Virus record (IMG/VR): IMGVR_UViG_3300012940_000024
Location: 1-64,000 of that record
Direction: 5' to 3' (one strand)
DNA from: a virus
Lineage: Duplodnaviria > Caudoviricetes
Length of the DNA stretch: 64,000 nucleotides
Positions 49,958 through 59,034 of the stretch are shown here, in pieces (the stretch's first letter is position 1; each line of letters starts with the position of its first letter). The notes under the pieces were generated by a model. That model was not told the DNA's origin, made no database searches, and worked only from the letters and a program-made list of their open reading frames with translations. Made by a program: the position numbers and the translations under genes.

Positions 49958-50865
49958 TATTGCTCAACTCTTTCAATTTTAGGTGTATCACTAGGGGGTT
50001 TAGTAAGTTTTTCCATACCTAAAACTTTTCGAGTGTAATTTACAATATACATAATGGTGCGATCTACAATATCTTGATTTTCTTTTAAGTCAACATTTAA
50101 AGGCTCTACATAACCGTTTGCTTCAACTTCTGCGAAAATTTGACTAAAAGATTTAATTCCACTTGCTTCATCACTTGATTTCCTATCAATGGGGCGAAAA
50201 CCACTAGACTTTTGCAATTCAGCGAATTGTCTAGATAATTTTTCATATCCAGTATAATCCCCTTCTGTTAATGCTCTATCCATTAATACGCTTAATTTAC
50301 AGTAAAAATATAATTGTCTCTCATGCTGTGGAGTTTCAATACTATTTGCATACAACATTTTTCTATATAATCTTTCCATTTCAAGGATCTCACGATTAGA
50401 ATAACTACCCCATTTAGAGATTAGTTCTTTTGTAATCGTAATATTTCCTTGCTCAGTGTCAATGTTATTGATTGTTTCTAATTCTTTTTCTATATCAGAC
50501 ATAAAAGTTTTTTCAATTTTTTCCGGTGACGAACTATTCTTATAGGTGAGATTTTTGTATTGGTGTAAGCTACAAATCATTCTCATATATTCGCCAAAAG
50601 TATCATTTTTGCTTTCTAATGCTTTCTTCCAAATTTCTGCTAAAAAGGGTTTATCAATTGCTTGTAAAACTTCATGAACTGAATTTAAATCATCAATATT
50701 GATCATTTCTTTTAAACAGTCTTTACAATATGGCACTTTTCTATCTTTACGGAATAGAGGGGAATTAGAAGTATAAAAATTATTCTTAATGGATTTTTCT
50801 CTTGTACACATGGAACAGACTTTTAAATTATGCTTTTGCTTACCCAAAAATCTCACCTCCTTCAT
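49957..50865 (-). CDS. Terminase small subunit-like Zn-finger protein (YonG-like)
   Basis: CSMC...PYCKDC; overlaps the terL start. Confidence 0.55.
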   Translation of the reverse strand: MKEVRFLGKQKHNLKVCSMCTREKSIKNNFYTSNSPLFRKDRKVPYCKDCLKEMINIDDLNSVHEVLQAIDKPFLAEIWKKALESKNDTFGEYMRMICSLHQYKNLTYKNSSSPEKIEKTFMSDIEKELETINNIDTEQGNITITKELISKWGSYSNREILEMERLYRKMLYANSIETPQHERQLYFYCKLSVLMDRALTEGDYTGYEKLSRQFAELQKSSGFRPIDRKSSDEASGIKSFSQIFAEVEANGYVEPLNVDLKENQDIVDRTIMYIVNYTRKVLGMEKLTKPPSDTPKIERVEQ

Positions 50866-51708
50866 TTACTGAATAATATTTCCTCCACCGATAAAACGAT
50901 ATTCTAAATGAGAACCTTTGATTGTATCAAAGCGTACTCCACCAGTTTTTTGAGAAGCTGTGTGAAGTAAAATACCATTTCCCACATAGATACCGTTGTG
51001 TGCAACAGGTTGTGCTTTCACATTAATTCCTTTATAATCTTCCGGTTTCCAGCCTTTATAAGACATAAAAAATAAAACATCACCACGTTTAGCTTGATTT
51101 AAATCAGTGTAATGACGTTTTGAGAATTTTTTCACATATTCATATTGGCTTGCAGAAGTTTTAGGTAAATCCATACCTACTGTCCATAAATGTACCCAAC
51201 GAACAAAATCAGAACAATCAAAAGTAACATCTGTATTCCGGTCTGATCCATATTCATAAGGAGTGCCATAGTAATCCCAAGCTTTTCCGACAACATTATT
51301 GACATAATCGCCATTAATCGGTTTTACTTTCGGATTCACAAATACTTGATGTATTTCTGGAGATTGCCAAGTATGATGAACATTCATTGGTTTGTAATCC
51401 TTATTTACATTTCCAACTTTCTTCATCATTTTTAAATCAAAATTACTAGGAGGGTTTTGTACTTCTTTAATCATCTTATCTAAACCAGTATCACCAACTC
51501 TTAGCAATTCATCATTTTCTATTAATGCTGGATCATTCAATTTATTATCTTTCATAGCATTTAATTCTTTTTCAGTGGGAAAAGCATATCCATCTATATG
51601 CTTATTCATTTCTGATTGCGTTTGCTCATTTACAATATTACCGTTTTTTGAAAAGCAACCAGCCAAAAAAAAACTTGCTATCAAAAGAGATACAATCACT
51701 TTCTTCAC
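50866..51708 (-). CDS. NlpC/P60 (C40) peptidase lipoprotein
   Basis: Lipobox LAGC; GTPYEYG, FDCSDFV (Cys), HNGIY and LLHTAS (His). Confidence 0.85.
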   Translation of the reverse strand: MKKVIVSLLIASFFLAGCFSKNGNIVNEQTQSEMNKHIDGYAFPTEKELNAMKDNKLNDPALIENDELLRVGDTGLDKMIKEVQNPPSNFDLKMMKKVGNVNKDYKPMNVHHTWQSPEIHQVFVNPKVKPINGDYVNNVVGKAWDYYGTPYEYGSDRNTDVTFDCSDFVRWVHLWTVGMDLPKTSASQYEYVKKFSKRHYTDLNQAKRGDVLFFMSYKGWKPEDYKGINVKAQPVAHNGIYVGNGILLHTASQKTGGVRFDTIKGSHLEYRFIGGGNIIQ

Positions 51709-51712
51709 ATTC

Positions 51713-52996
51713 TCACCTCACAATATGTTGCAAAGATAGTCGTATTGGTTGTATTTCTCCTTTTTCATCTACAATAAGCAAGCATTGAGAAGCATCCGTA
51801 TTCGTTTTTAATCTTTTACTGAAAGAATTTCTTCCCATTAATGATCCAACGTAAATCTCTAGTGTACCAAAGTCTCTTTCAATGACTTCATGATGATGAT
51901 AATGCCCCATAATCAAAGCTTTATATAATTTCTTATCAGCCTGACTATATCTTTGGATTTTATTTTTATCCTTCCGGTTTTCATTATCACCATGAACAAA
52001 TTTGAGTAATGAATTATTTACTTCTAATTCATAAGATAGATTGGACTGATCCGTTGAATCATAAGTCAAACGTGGTATTTTTGATAATGAAATAAATAAT
52101 TGGATTATATAATTAACCACGTTCATAGCAGTATCATCTAAAATATTATCTGCTTTTTGTCCATTCATGCGGTCATGATTTCCACCAATACCAGCAACCG
52201 TAACATTTAAATATTGTGCTAAAGATGTGTATAAATGAATTAATAATTCACTAGCTTTTACTATTTGTTCGGAAAAATTAAATTCACATTCAAAAGCTTG
52301 ATTGACATTTCTCATAAATACTTGTTCACAAATATCTCCTAAACAAACAACTCTTAGATCTGTAATTTCATAAATATTACAGTAATCCAATGTTTGTACG
52401 ATCAATTCATCTATTCTCTTTTTTGCAATGGAGTAATTGTAATTATTTCCAGCAACTTCTTTGACCGTTGCCCCGATATGAAAATCAGTTACAACTAATA
52501 TCCCAACTTTTTTACTAGGTGCGAATTTAGGCTGATACATGAATTTAGGAATATCAATAGTAAAATAATCAAGAAAAGTATCCCTGATCTGTTCAGTGAT
52601 AATTCCATATTTAGAAATTTCACGTTTCAATTTATTTAACTCTAAAATTTTTTGGTGAACTTCTTCTTTTTGCTGATACAATTCACCAATTTCTTTTTGA
52701 ATGACAGGAAGATCAATTTGGGAATGAATATCTGATTTTTTGCTATATCTAGTCAATTTACCGATTTTCTTTTGGTAATATTTAACTAAACAACGGTAGC
52801 TTTCATTTGAATCAGAATCATGAAAACCCATTTCCTCCATCAGATTTTTATGTTTTTTCCAATTGACTCTCCGAGAAGGAGATTCTTCTTGTAATTGTAT
52901 TTTCAATTCAACAGCAGTTAATAAATGTTCTTCCGTAACTTCCACAACTTCATTTTTACTATTGGTATAAGAGTGAAGATTTTCCATATTAATCAC
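51713..52996 (-). CDS. Metallophosphoesterase-domain protein (YonJ-like)
   Basis: TDFHIG, LGDI, GNHDR, HGD, GHYHH calcineurin-like motifs. Confidence 0.8.
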   Translation of the reverse strand: MINMENLHSYTNSKNEVVEVTEEHLLTAVELKIQLQEESPSRRVNWKKHKNLMEEMGFHDSDSNESYRCLVKYYQKKIGKLTRYSKKSDIHSQIDLPVIQKEIGELYQQKEEVHQKILELNKLKREISKYGIITEQIRDTFLDYFTIDIPKFMYQPKFAPSKKVGILVVTDFHIGATVKEVAGNNYNYSIAKKRIDELIVQTLDYCNIYEITDLRVVCLGDICEQVFMRNVNQAFECEFNFSEQIVKASELLIHLYTSLAQYLNVTVAGIGGNHDRMNGQKADNILDDTAMNVVNYIIQLFISLSKIPRLTYDSTDQSNLSYELEVNNSLLKFVHGDNENRKDKNKIQRYSQADKKLYKALIMGHYHHHEVIERDFGTLEIYVGSLMGRNSFSKRLKTNTDASQCLLIVDEKGEIQPIRLSLQHIVR

Positions 52997-53189
52997 TTGG
53001 TAATTCGGTAGTTTCTCTTATCGAAATTACAACATCTTTGCCATCGAATTGTTTTACAATAGAGTCAAATGGATATACATGTATCTCAGGATCTTTATTT
53101 TTTTTCTCAATAATTTCTGTTACTGTTCCTGCTTTTTGATCAAAATATCCATGTAAAATGACACTATTATTTTTCTTTGACTTTGCCAT
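52989..53189 (-). CDS. yonK: YonK-family protein
   Basis: MAKSKKNNSV..HG.FD..AGTVTE...F..IVKQFDGKDVVISIRE matches the YonK pattern; position next to YonJ-like. Confidence 0.7.
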   Translation of the reverse strand: MAKSKKNNSVILHGYFDQKAGTVTEIIEKKNKDPEIHVYPFDSIVKQFDGKDVVISIRETTELPSD

Positions 53190-53207
53190 TTTAAATTCTC
53201 CTTTTAC

Positions 53208-53225
53208 ACCATATTTAGCTATTTG
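53208..53225 (-). promoter_or_regulatory. Late-gene junction motif copy 6 (degenerate)
   Basis: CAAATAGCTAAATATGGT before the yonK RBS AAGGAG. Confidence 0.55.
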
Positions 53226-53309
53226 TATAAAATAAAAAACCGCCTTAGTTAATAAGACGATTTTTTATTATTTATCTTTCATTTGTGATGCTGGAATTAA
53301 AGCTTTTAC

Positions 53310-53672
53310 TTATTCATCTAATTCTCCATCTACTTCGTCATGATAATATTGTTGTGTAGTACCGAATGAAGCAGGATCGGCAGAAATAGAATTATTTACA
53401 TTATCATGATATTCAGCATTTGCATTGGCATTTGCATAAGATTGTGTATTTAATTCTGCGGTATTCATATAACTTTCAGAAGCAAATTCAGTATCTTGTG
53501 CTTGCTGATTTTCACGCTTAATAGAATCGCTTAAACTTTTTAAGTTAGCGGAAATATTTTTTTGAGTTTGAAGAAGAATTTGGTATTGAGATTTACGACT
53601 TGCATTGCTTTCTTTTTGGATTGCAGACTCAATTTCTTTTACCAATTCTTCTGATTTAGTGTACATGTGCAT
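53310..53672 (-). CDS. Hypothetical protein (N/A/S-rich tail)
   Basis: 120 aa, RBS AGGAGG, terminator after. Confidence 0.7.
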   Translation of the reverse strand: MHMYTKSEELVKEIESAIQKESNASRKSQYQILLQTQKNISANLKSLSDSIKRENQQAQDTEFASESYMNTAELNTQSYANANANAEYHDNVNNSISADPASFGTTQQYYHDEVDGELDE

Positions 53673-53722
53673 AACTAATTCCTCCTAATAATTGATTAAG
53701 TGAGTGAAACAATGAATTTACT

Positions 53723-53884
53723 TTAAGTATTTTGTTGCGGTTTTAACCGTTCGCTAATGTTTTGCTGTTCCTGTGCCAATTGTTCAAACTTTGTTCTTTC
53801 TTCACTTGGGGGAAGTTCATTAGCATGAGAACGCAAATAGTTTGTTAACATGGCACTAGTATTATACAGTTGAGTTAAATCCAT
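53723..53884 (-). CDS. 53-aa hypothetical protein (not in the ORF track)
   Basis: MDLTQLYNTSAMLTNYLRSHANELPPSEERTKFEQLAQEQQNISERLKPQQNT*, RBS AGGAGGTG. Confidence 0.65.
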   Translation of the reverse strand: MDLTQLYNTSAMLTNYLRSHANELPPSEERTKFEQLAQEQQNISERLKPQQNT

Positions 53885-53946
53885 TGTTTTCACCTCCTGT
53901 CTACTGGTTCAAAGGTAGTTTAACCAATAATTAGGAAATAATACCG

Positions 53947-54222
53947 TTATTTAACTGCTTCTTTTAATTTCTTACCAACAGACACACGTACTTGATTATG
54001 AGTAGGAATGACTACATTTTCACCAGTTTGAGGATTTCTACCCATACGCTCTTGAACTTCTTTGATTTTCACTTTTAAATATCCAGTAATATTTACATCT
54101 TCACCAGCAGTTACACAATCAGTTAAATGCTCTAATACATGCTTTAACTCATTTGTCGCTTGCTTTTTAGAAATTCCAAATTTTTCTGCCATTCCATCAA
54201 TAAATTCTTTACGATTTACCAT
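53947..54222 (-). CDS. hup: HU-family DNA-binding protein (YonN-like)
   Basis: MVNRKEFI...GEDVNITGYLK...RMGRNPQTGE..VIP....R.SVGKKLKEAVK. Confidence 0.92.
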   Translation of the reverse strand: MVNRKEFIDGMAEKFGISKKQATNELKHVLEHLTDCVTAGEDVNITGYLKVKIKEVQERMGRNPQTGENVVIPTHNQVRVSVGKKLKEAVK

Positions 54223-54353
54223 ATAAATTACGCTCCTTGTTATCTTTTCTATTTTTATTTAGGTTTTCACCTATGTAGCAATTTTGGTATAATTGCTCTC
54301 AATCCTTACTATCCTTATTTTTAGAATAATTTAGAATAATCGAAATATTAAAA

Positions 54354-55472
54354 TTACTTTTTCTTTCTTCTACATTCTTTACAGATAGGAAATAAGCCAT
54401 CTTTGCGAGTTGTATCTTTCGTAAAATATTTTTTTGTCGCTAACCTATTTTGAAAACAGCTAGAACACTGTTTGTAAGTTCCTTTTTTAAGAAAGGTAAA
54501 GATCCACTCTTCATAATCCTTTTTATATTGCTCTACGATAAGAGTAGGGATCACCTGTGTAGTTAATTGTGTTAATCGAACAGGTGAAATCTTTATTTTA
54601 AAATCCTCCGAAATCACATTGATAATTTCCCTTTGAGAATATCCATTGACTTTTAAATGAAAGATCTTATTTAAAATTGGTTCATTAATTGATTTATTTA
54701 CAAGTTCATCAAATACAAACAATAAAAATTTAAAATCATTTTCAGTTTGATTTAAGACGTTCTTTTTAATCATCTGATAATTGTCGAATAATGTTTTGAC
54801 ATGGGTAATGTTAGAAAAAGAAAAATGATTTAAATTATAAAAGGGAGGGGTAGGTTGGATGTTTTTGAAGGTTATATATTTTTTTAATTGTTCTTTTATA
54901 GCCACTTCATCTTTTCCAATTTCAATTAAATACCATTTTAATTTTCTTAAACGTTCATTTGAAATAGAATTTCCGTTGCAATCGACTTTTGAAATAATTT
55001 GTTTCTTTAAATGTTGAATTAAATTTCCGGTATCAGCCAGTTCTTTATATTGTTTACGATCTTCATCTGTCACTTTTATTGAGCCATAAATCTTAACATT
55101 TTTTACATACTCTCTTCTTTTTTCATCAACAAAAGTAAAATTATCGGTTAAGTATTCTTTTTTTTTACGATTATTCTTCATACGCTGGTTTAATACTTTT
55201 TCATGCTTTATCTTTTCACGCTGTTCTTTATTATCCATATATAGGAGATAATCAGCGACCTTTTCTAAATCCTTACAAACGTAATCAAATTCAGAAGTTT
55301 TATCCGATTGATTTAAATTGACTTTCTGATAATTCTCATAATAGTCAACTAAATCATTGTCATATTTTCTTAGCAATTCATTTACTTTTGCTTTTCTTTC
55401 TTCTAATGAAATTAAAGAATAATCTAATTCATTACTTAATGAAAAACCCATTACAACACCTACTATAAGCAA
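54354..55472 (-). CDS. Conserved phage protein with an HTH-like region and C-terminal Zn finger (true start probably 55451)
   Basis: IFHLKVNGYSQREII HTH-like segment; CSSC...PICKEC. Confidence 0.65.
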   Translation of the reverse strand: MLIVGVVMGFSLSNELDYSLISLEERKAKVNELLRKYDNDLVDYYENYQKVNLNQSDKTSEFDYVCKDLEKVADYLLYMDNKEQREKIKHEKVLNQRMKNNRKKKEYLTDNFTFVDEKRREYVKNVKIYGSIKVTDEDRKQYKELADTGNLIQHLKKQIISKVDCNGNSISNERLRKLKWYLIEIGKDEVAIKEQLKKYITFKNIQPTPPFYNLNHFSFSNITHVKTLFDNYQMIKKNVLNQTENDFKFLLFVFDELVNKSINEPILNKIFHLKVNGYSQREIINVISEDFKIKISPVRLTQLTTQVIPTLIVEQYKKDYEEWIFTFLKKGTYKQCSSCFQNRLATKKYFTKDTTRKDGLFPICKECRRKKK

Positions 55473-55486
55473 TATTTAGTTATTTG
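55467..55486 (-). promoter_or_regulatory. Late-gene junction motif copy 7
   Basis: CAAATAACTAAATATTGCTT before RBS AGGTG and ATG 55451; identical to copy 1. Confidence 0.65.
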
Positions 55487-55499
55487 TAGGGAACTTCAT

Positions 55500-57722
55500 T
55501 TATAAATGAAGTTCCGATAATAACTGTGGTAAAAATGTATTTCTAATAGAACTTTTATCCGTTTTAATGGCTTGAATTAAAGCCTTTAATTCACATACTA
55601 AAAAACAATGGTGGATGCTTCTTGTTAAAGCAGTATATATTAATTGTCTTGATAACATAATGTAAGAAGAATAATCTAAAGCGACAATACAATTTTCAAA
55701 TTGTGAGCCTTGTGTTCGGTGAACAGTTAAGGCATAACTTAATTCAATATCATTTAATTTAGAAAATGGAATTTCCACTTTCCCAACTGTCTCAAAATGG
55801 ATGGTCATTTTTTCATTGGCTTCATCAATTTTTTCAATGATGCCAATCGTTCCATTTAATACTCCTATATTATAGTTATTCCCATTATGAATAACTTTAT
55901 CCTTTTCTCGATATTCAAATTTCCCTTTTTTAATTTTCTTTTGAGTGGGGGATGAAGGATTAAATATTTCTTGTAATAATTGATTTAATTCATAAGTGCA
56001 AAGTTTTCCACGCTTTTTCATGGGGGTAATAACTTGAAATTTTAATATATCTTTGTTTTTCTCTTTATATATTTTCGCAATATTTAGAACTTTTTTCAAA
56101 ACATGATCGGGTTCAGAAAAAGGATAATAATGCAGATCCTTTATTTCACCTAAATCAAGCTTTTCATATCTGTTTGATTTAAAGCTAGATATTCCTTCTC
56201 TAATTTCATTCGCATAGCTTAATATCCCACTTTTCTTAGCTTGTCTATGAACAGCAGTCAATTCAACTCTTGTGACTTTGTTATTTTTGCACAGATCGTA
56301 AAAGACATTTCCCACTCCAATAGGTTCTAATTGACTGTAATCACCAGTAATCACCACTTTTGTTCCATTTTTTAATGCTTCTAAAATTTTAGCAAATAAG
56401 ATAGCATTTATCATACTTGCTTCATCTATAATGAGTAAATCAACATCAACAGGATTTTTTCTATTATGTATAAAGCGTTTAAAGTTTTTTGGATCTGTTC
56501 CAAGAAACTTATGAATAGTAGAAGAGTCCAGTCCGGTACTTTCTTTAATACGTTGACTTGCTTTCCCACTCAAAGCAATGGTTTGATAGGTGTAATTTTC
56601 ACCAGTGCTTTCTAATATCTTTACAATCCCTTTAATAATAGAAGTTTTTCCTGTTCCAGCTTTCCCGTTAATTAATAGAACGTTTGTTTCTAGTGCTAAA
56701 AAAATGGCTTCACGCTGTTCTCCTGTAAAATCGAATCCCTGTTCAATTTCAATTTTGATTAGCTTTTCTTCTAATTGATTGACCTTTAATTCATACGAAT
56801 GATCCATTAGCCTTTTAATATCTTTAGCTATTGCAACTTCATTTAAATAATATTGCTTCAATGCAAAACGAGTTTCTTCTATATAAATGTCGCTTATTTC
56901 TTTCTCTTTAATGGAAGTGAGAAATTTTTCTATAAGAAATGATTTTATTTTTAAATAATCCTTCATATATATTGTTACATCTTTTTCTTCCACATAAACA
57001 TGCCCATTATTCGCCTGTTCAGATAAAACATATTTTAAACAAGCCATTAACCGATAAGAAGAGTCTTTTTTTATTCCTTTTGTTAATGCTATGGTATCAG
57101 CTTGTCTAAATCCGATTCCTTCTACTTCATCAGCAAGAATATAAGGATTTTCTTTTATTTTATCTAATAACAATTGTGGAGAAGAATAATGCTCAGATAA
57201 TTTACGGATCTTATTATGGGTAAGTCCATATTCCTGTAAAGTTGCATAAACATTTTGGAGATCCTTGTTTTCCATAATTTTCTCTTTTATTCGCTGGTAT
57301 GTTGTATAGCCTATTCCCTTTATTTTTGAATAATCAAATTTGTCTTGCTCAATTAGTTCTATAATATTTTCTTTCGGATAAACTGTTAGAATAGAAGCTA
57401 ATTGTTTTTCAGTGATAAAGGCTTTTAAAAATTTTTGCTGTTCCTCATGAGTGGATAATTTTTCTTCATATATATTGACAACTTCATATCCTAGACCGTA
57501 CTTATCTTTTACTTCTTTTAATTTAGCAACATAGGTTTTAGTGTTTTCTAATTTTGGCATAATACCTTTTACCGTAAAGTTACCATAATTATTGTAAATC
57601 ACTTTTTTGCTATCCGGATTTTCTTTTGCAATTTCACAGGCAAAAACACCGTAATTAGAACTTGAATCATAGTACATATCTTTAACAGGCTTTAAATGAA
57701 TTTGCAACATATAAACCTCCAA
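55500..57722 (-). CDS. recD2: RecD2-like SF1B helicase
   Basis: GKAGTGKT, IIDEASM, GDYSQLEPIG, HRQ, YALTVHRTQGSQF, IYTALTR; N-terminal OB and HhH (GIGF) domains. Confidence 0.9.
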   Translation of the reverse strand: MEVYMLQIHLKPVKDMYYDSSSNYGVFACEIAKENPDSKKVIYNNYGNFTVKGIMPKLENTKTYVAKLKEVKDKYGLGYEVVNIYEEKLSTHEEQQKFLKAFITEKQLASILTVYPKENIIELIEQDKFDYSKIKGIGYTTYQRIKEKIMENKDLQNVYATLQEYGLTHNKIRKLSEHYSSPQLLLDKIKENPYILADEVEGIGFRQADTIALTKGIKKDSSYRLMACLKYVLSEQANNGHVYVEEKDVTIYMKDYLKIKSFLIEKFLTSIKEKEISDIYIEETRFALKQYYLNEVAIAKDIKRLMDHSYELKVNQLEEKLIKIEIEQGFDFTGEQREAIFLALETNVLLINGKAGTGKTSIIKGIVKILESTGENYTYQTIALSGKASQRIKESTGLDSSTIHKFLGTDPKNFKRFIHNRKNPVDVDLLIIDEASMINAILFAKILEALKNGTKVVITGDYSQLEPIGVGNVFYDLCKNNKVTRVELTAVHRQAKKSGILSYANEIREGISSFKSNRYEKLDLGEIKDLHYYPFSEPDHVLKKVLNIAKIYKEKNKDILKFQVITPMKKRGKLCTYELNQLLQEIFNPSSPTQKKIKKGKFEYREKDKVIHNGNNYNIGVLNGTIGIIEKIDEANEKMTIHFETVGKVEIPFSKLNDIELSYALTVHRTQGSQFENCIVALDYSSYIMLSRQLIYTALTRSIHHCFLVCELKALIQAIKTDKSSIRNTFLPQLLSELHL

Positions 57723-57741
57723 GAAATTCTTGCTTGTCTTA

Positions 57742-57807
57742 AAAAAGTATGATAAATTTAATACATAATAAAAAGTATGAAATTTTTAAACACATTTTAA
57801 TACTTTT
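57742..57807. repeat. Possible parC/operator repeats upstream of parM
   Basis: AAAAAGTATGA at 57742-57752 and 57770-57780; inverted ATACTTTT at 57800-57807. Confidence 0.35.
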
Positions 57808-57826
57808 AGTAAAGGAGATTATTTAC

Positions 57827-59034
57827 ATGAACAACTATGAGCCTAACATTTTTGCTATTGATGATGGATATGGAGATACAGTGCGCCCATAAGGGTGATA
57901 TAGAATTGCGTTTCTAGCAAAACGCTGGGTTCAACCCTAATTATAGCCCATTACCACCAAACTTATTCATGAGGGAAACCAAGTGAGGAGTGTAGCATGT
58001 TTGGAAAGCTATAAGTTGGCAAGTTACCATGCCACGACTGAATAGCAAGGTAAAATGTTGTAAACGAGGTTAAAGGCTAAACTGCTTGAAGGATAGACCG
58101 AAGGGGGCTACCGTAACCAATGGCGGAAGGTAACTATTAACGTCATTCAACTCATGGAGTTAATTATTTTGTGTCTAATTAACTCAAATAGATATGTAAT
58201 AAATGAAAAGTATTACATATGATAGGGTCAGAGTTGACTAAGCATAATCTATGTTAAAGGTCGAAAGTCCTAACCGACATTACAACAAGCTATTCTATAT
58301 CATCTAAATGGGGATTGCCTGTATTAGCAGATGAAGATCCGAAAAGACATAAATTGTTATATGATTTAATCGTTAAAACACATCATGTAAAAATTTCTGT
58401 CAACGGAAAAGAATTAGAAGAAAAAGAAATTACTGTAAAGAATTTGATTATTCGTAAACAACCATTCGGTTCTCTATGTGATGTTATTTTGGATAAGGAT
58501 GGAAAAATTATTCATCAAGACATTGCAAAAGGATATAATGTAATAGCTGATATTGGTGCAAGAACATTCAATTTATATACTTTAAATAAATTAAGACCAA
58601 TAGCTGATAAAAGTACCTCTACACAACATGGAATGTATTCAGCTTATCAAACAGTGAATAAATGGATAGAATCTAATTTAGGAAGTCCAATCCCTGACGG
58701 AAAAATTAAATCCTATATAGATGAAGGGAAGATTAAAGGATACTCACTTGCAAAAATTACTGAATTTGCATATCGTCAATTAGCTAATAGAATCAAAGGG
58801 GTTATTGAAAAAACATTTATTAATAATTGGGCAATGGTAGATCGTATTATTTTTACAGGTGGGGGAGCAACAGAAAAATTATTAAAACCGTATTTAGAAG
58901 AAGCATTTAAGGACAAGAAGGTGGAAATCATCTTTTTAGGAAGATATAATACGGTAAATGGATTAAGAAAATATGGGATGTTGGAATGGAGAAAAACAAA
59001 TAAAATAAATAAAAGTGATGTGGTGAATCAGTGA
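57827..59034 (+). pseudogene. parM: ParM/StbA-like actin ATPase interrupted by an intron fragment and missing part of exon 2
   Basis: Exon 1 57827-57880 MNNYEPNIFAIDDGYGDT (phosphate-1 loop, RBS AAAGGAG); remainder from GLP onward has QPFGS, IADIGARTFN, FTGGG, NTVNG actin-fold motifs. Confidence 0.8.
57881..58320 (+). mobile_element. Group II intron 5' fragment (domain I only; no IEP, DV or DVI)
   Basis: Starts GTGCGCCC at a codon boundary; TGATATAGAAT (57896-57906) pairs with ATTCTATATCA (58292-58302); EBS1 TGTGTC (58170-58175) in the loop of a 10-bp stem complements exon IBS1 GATACA; TGGAAAGC and ACGACTGA motifs as recalled for Ll.LtrB. Confidence 0.85.

Noticed and set aside
58289-58300. 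GCTATTCTAT as a group II intron 3' end (mini-intron)
   Set aside because: It is the 3' strand of the domain I closing stem; no domain V is present, and splicing at 58298 or 58300 would not restore the parM frame or the missing residues
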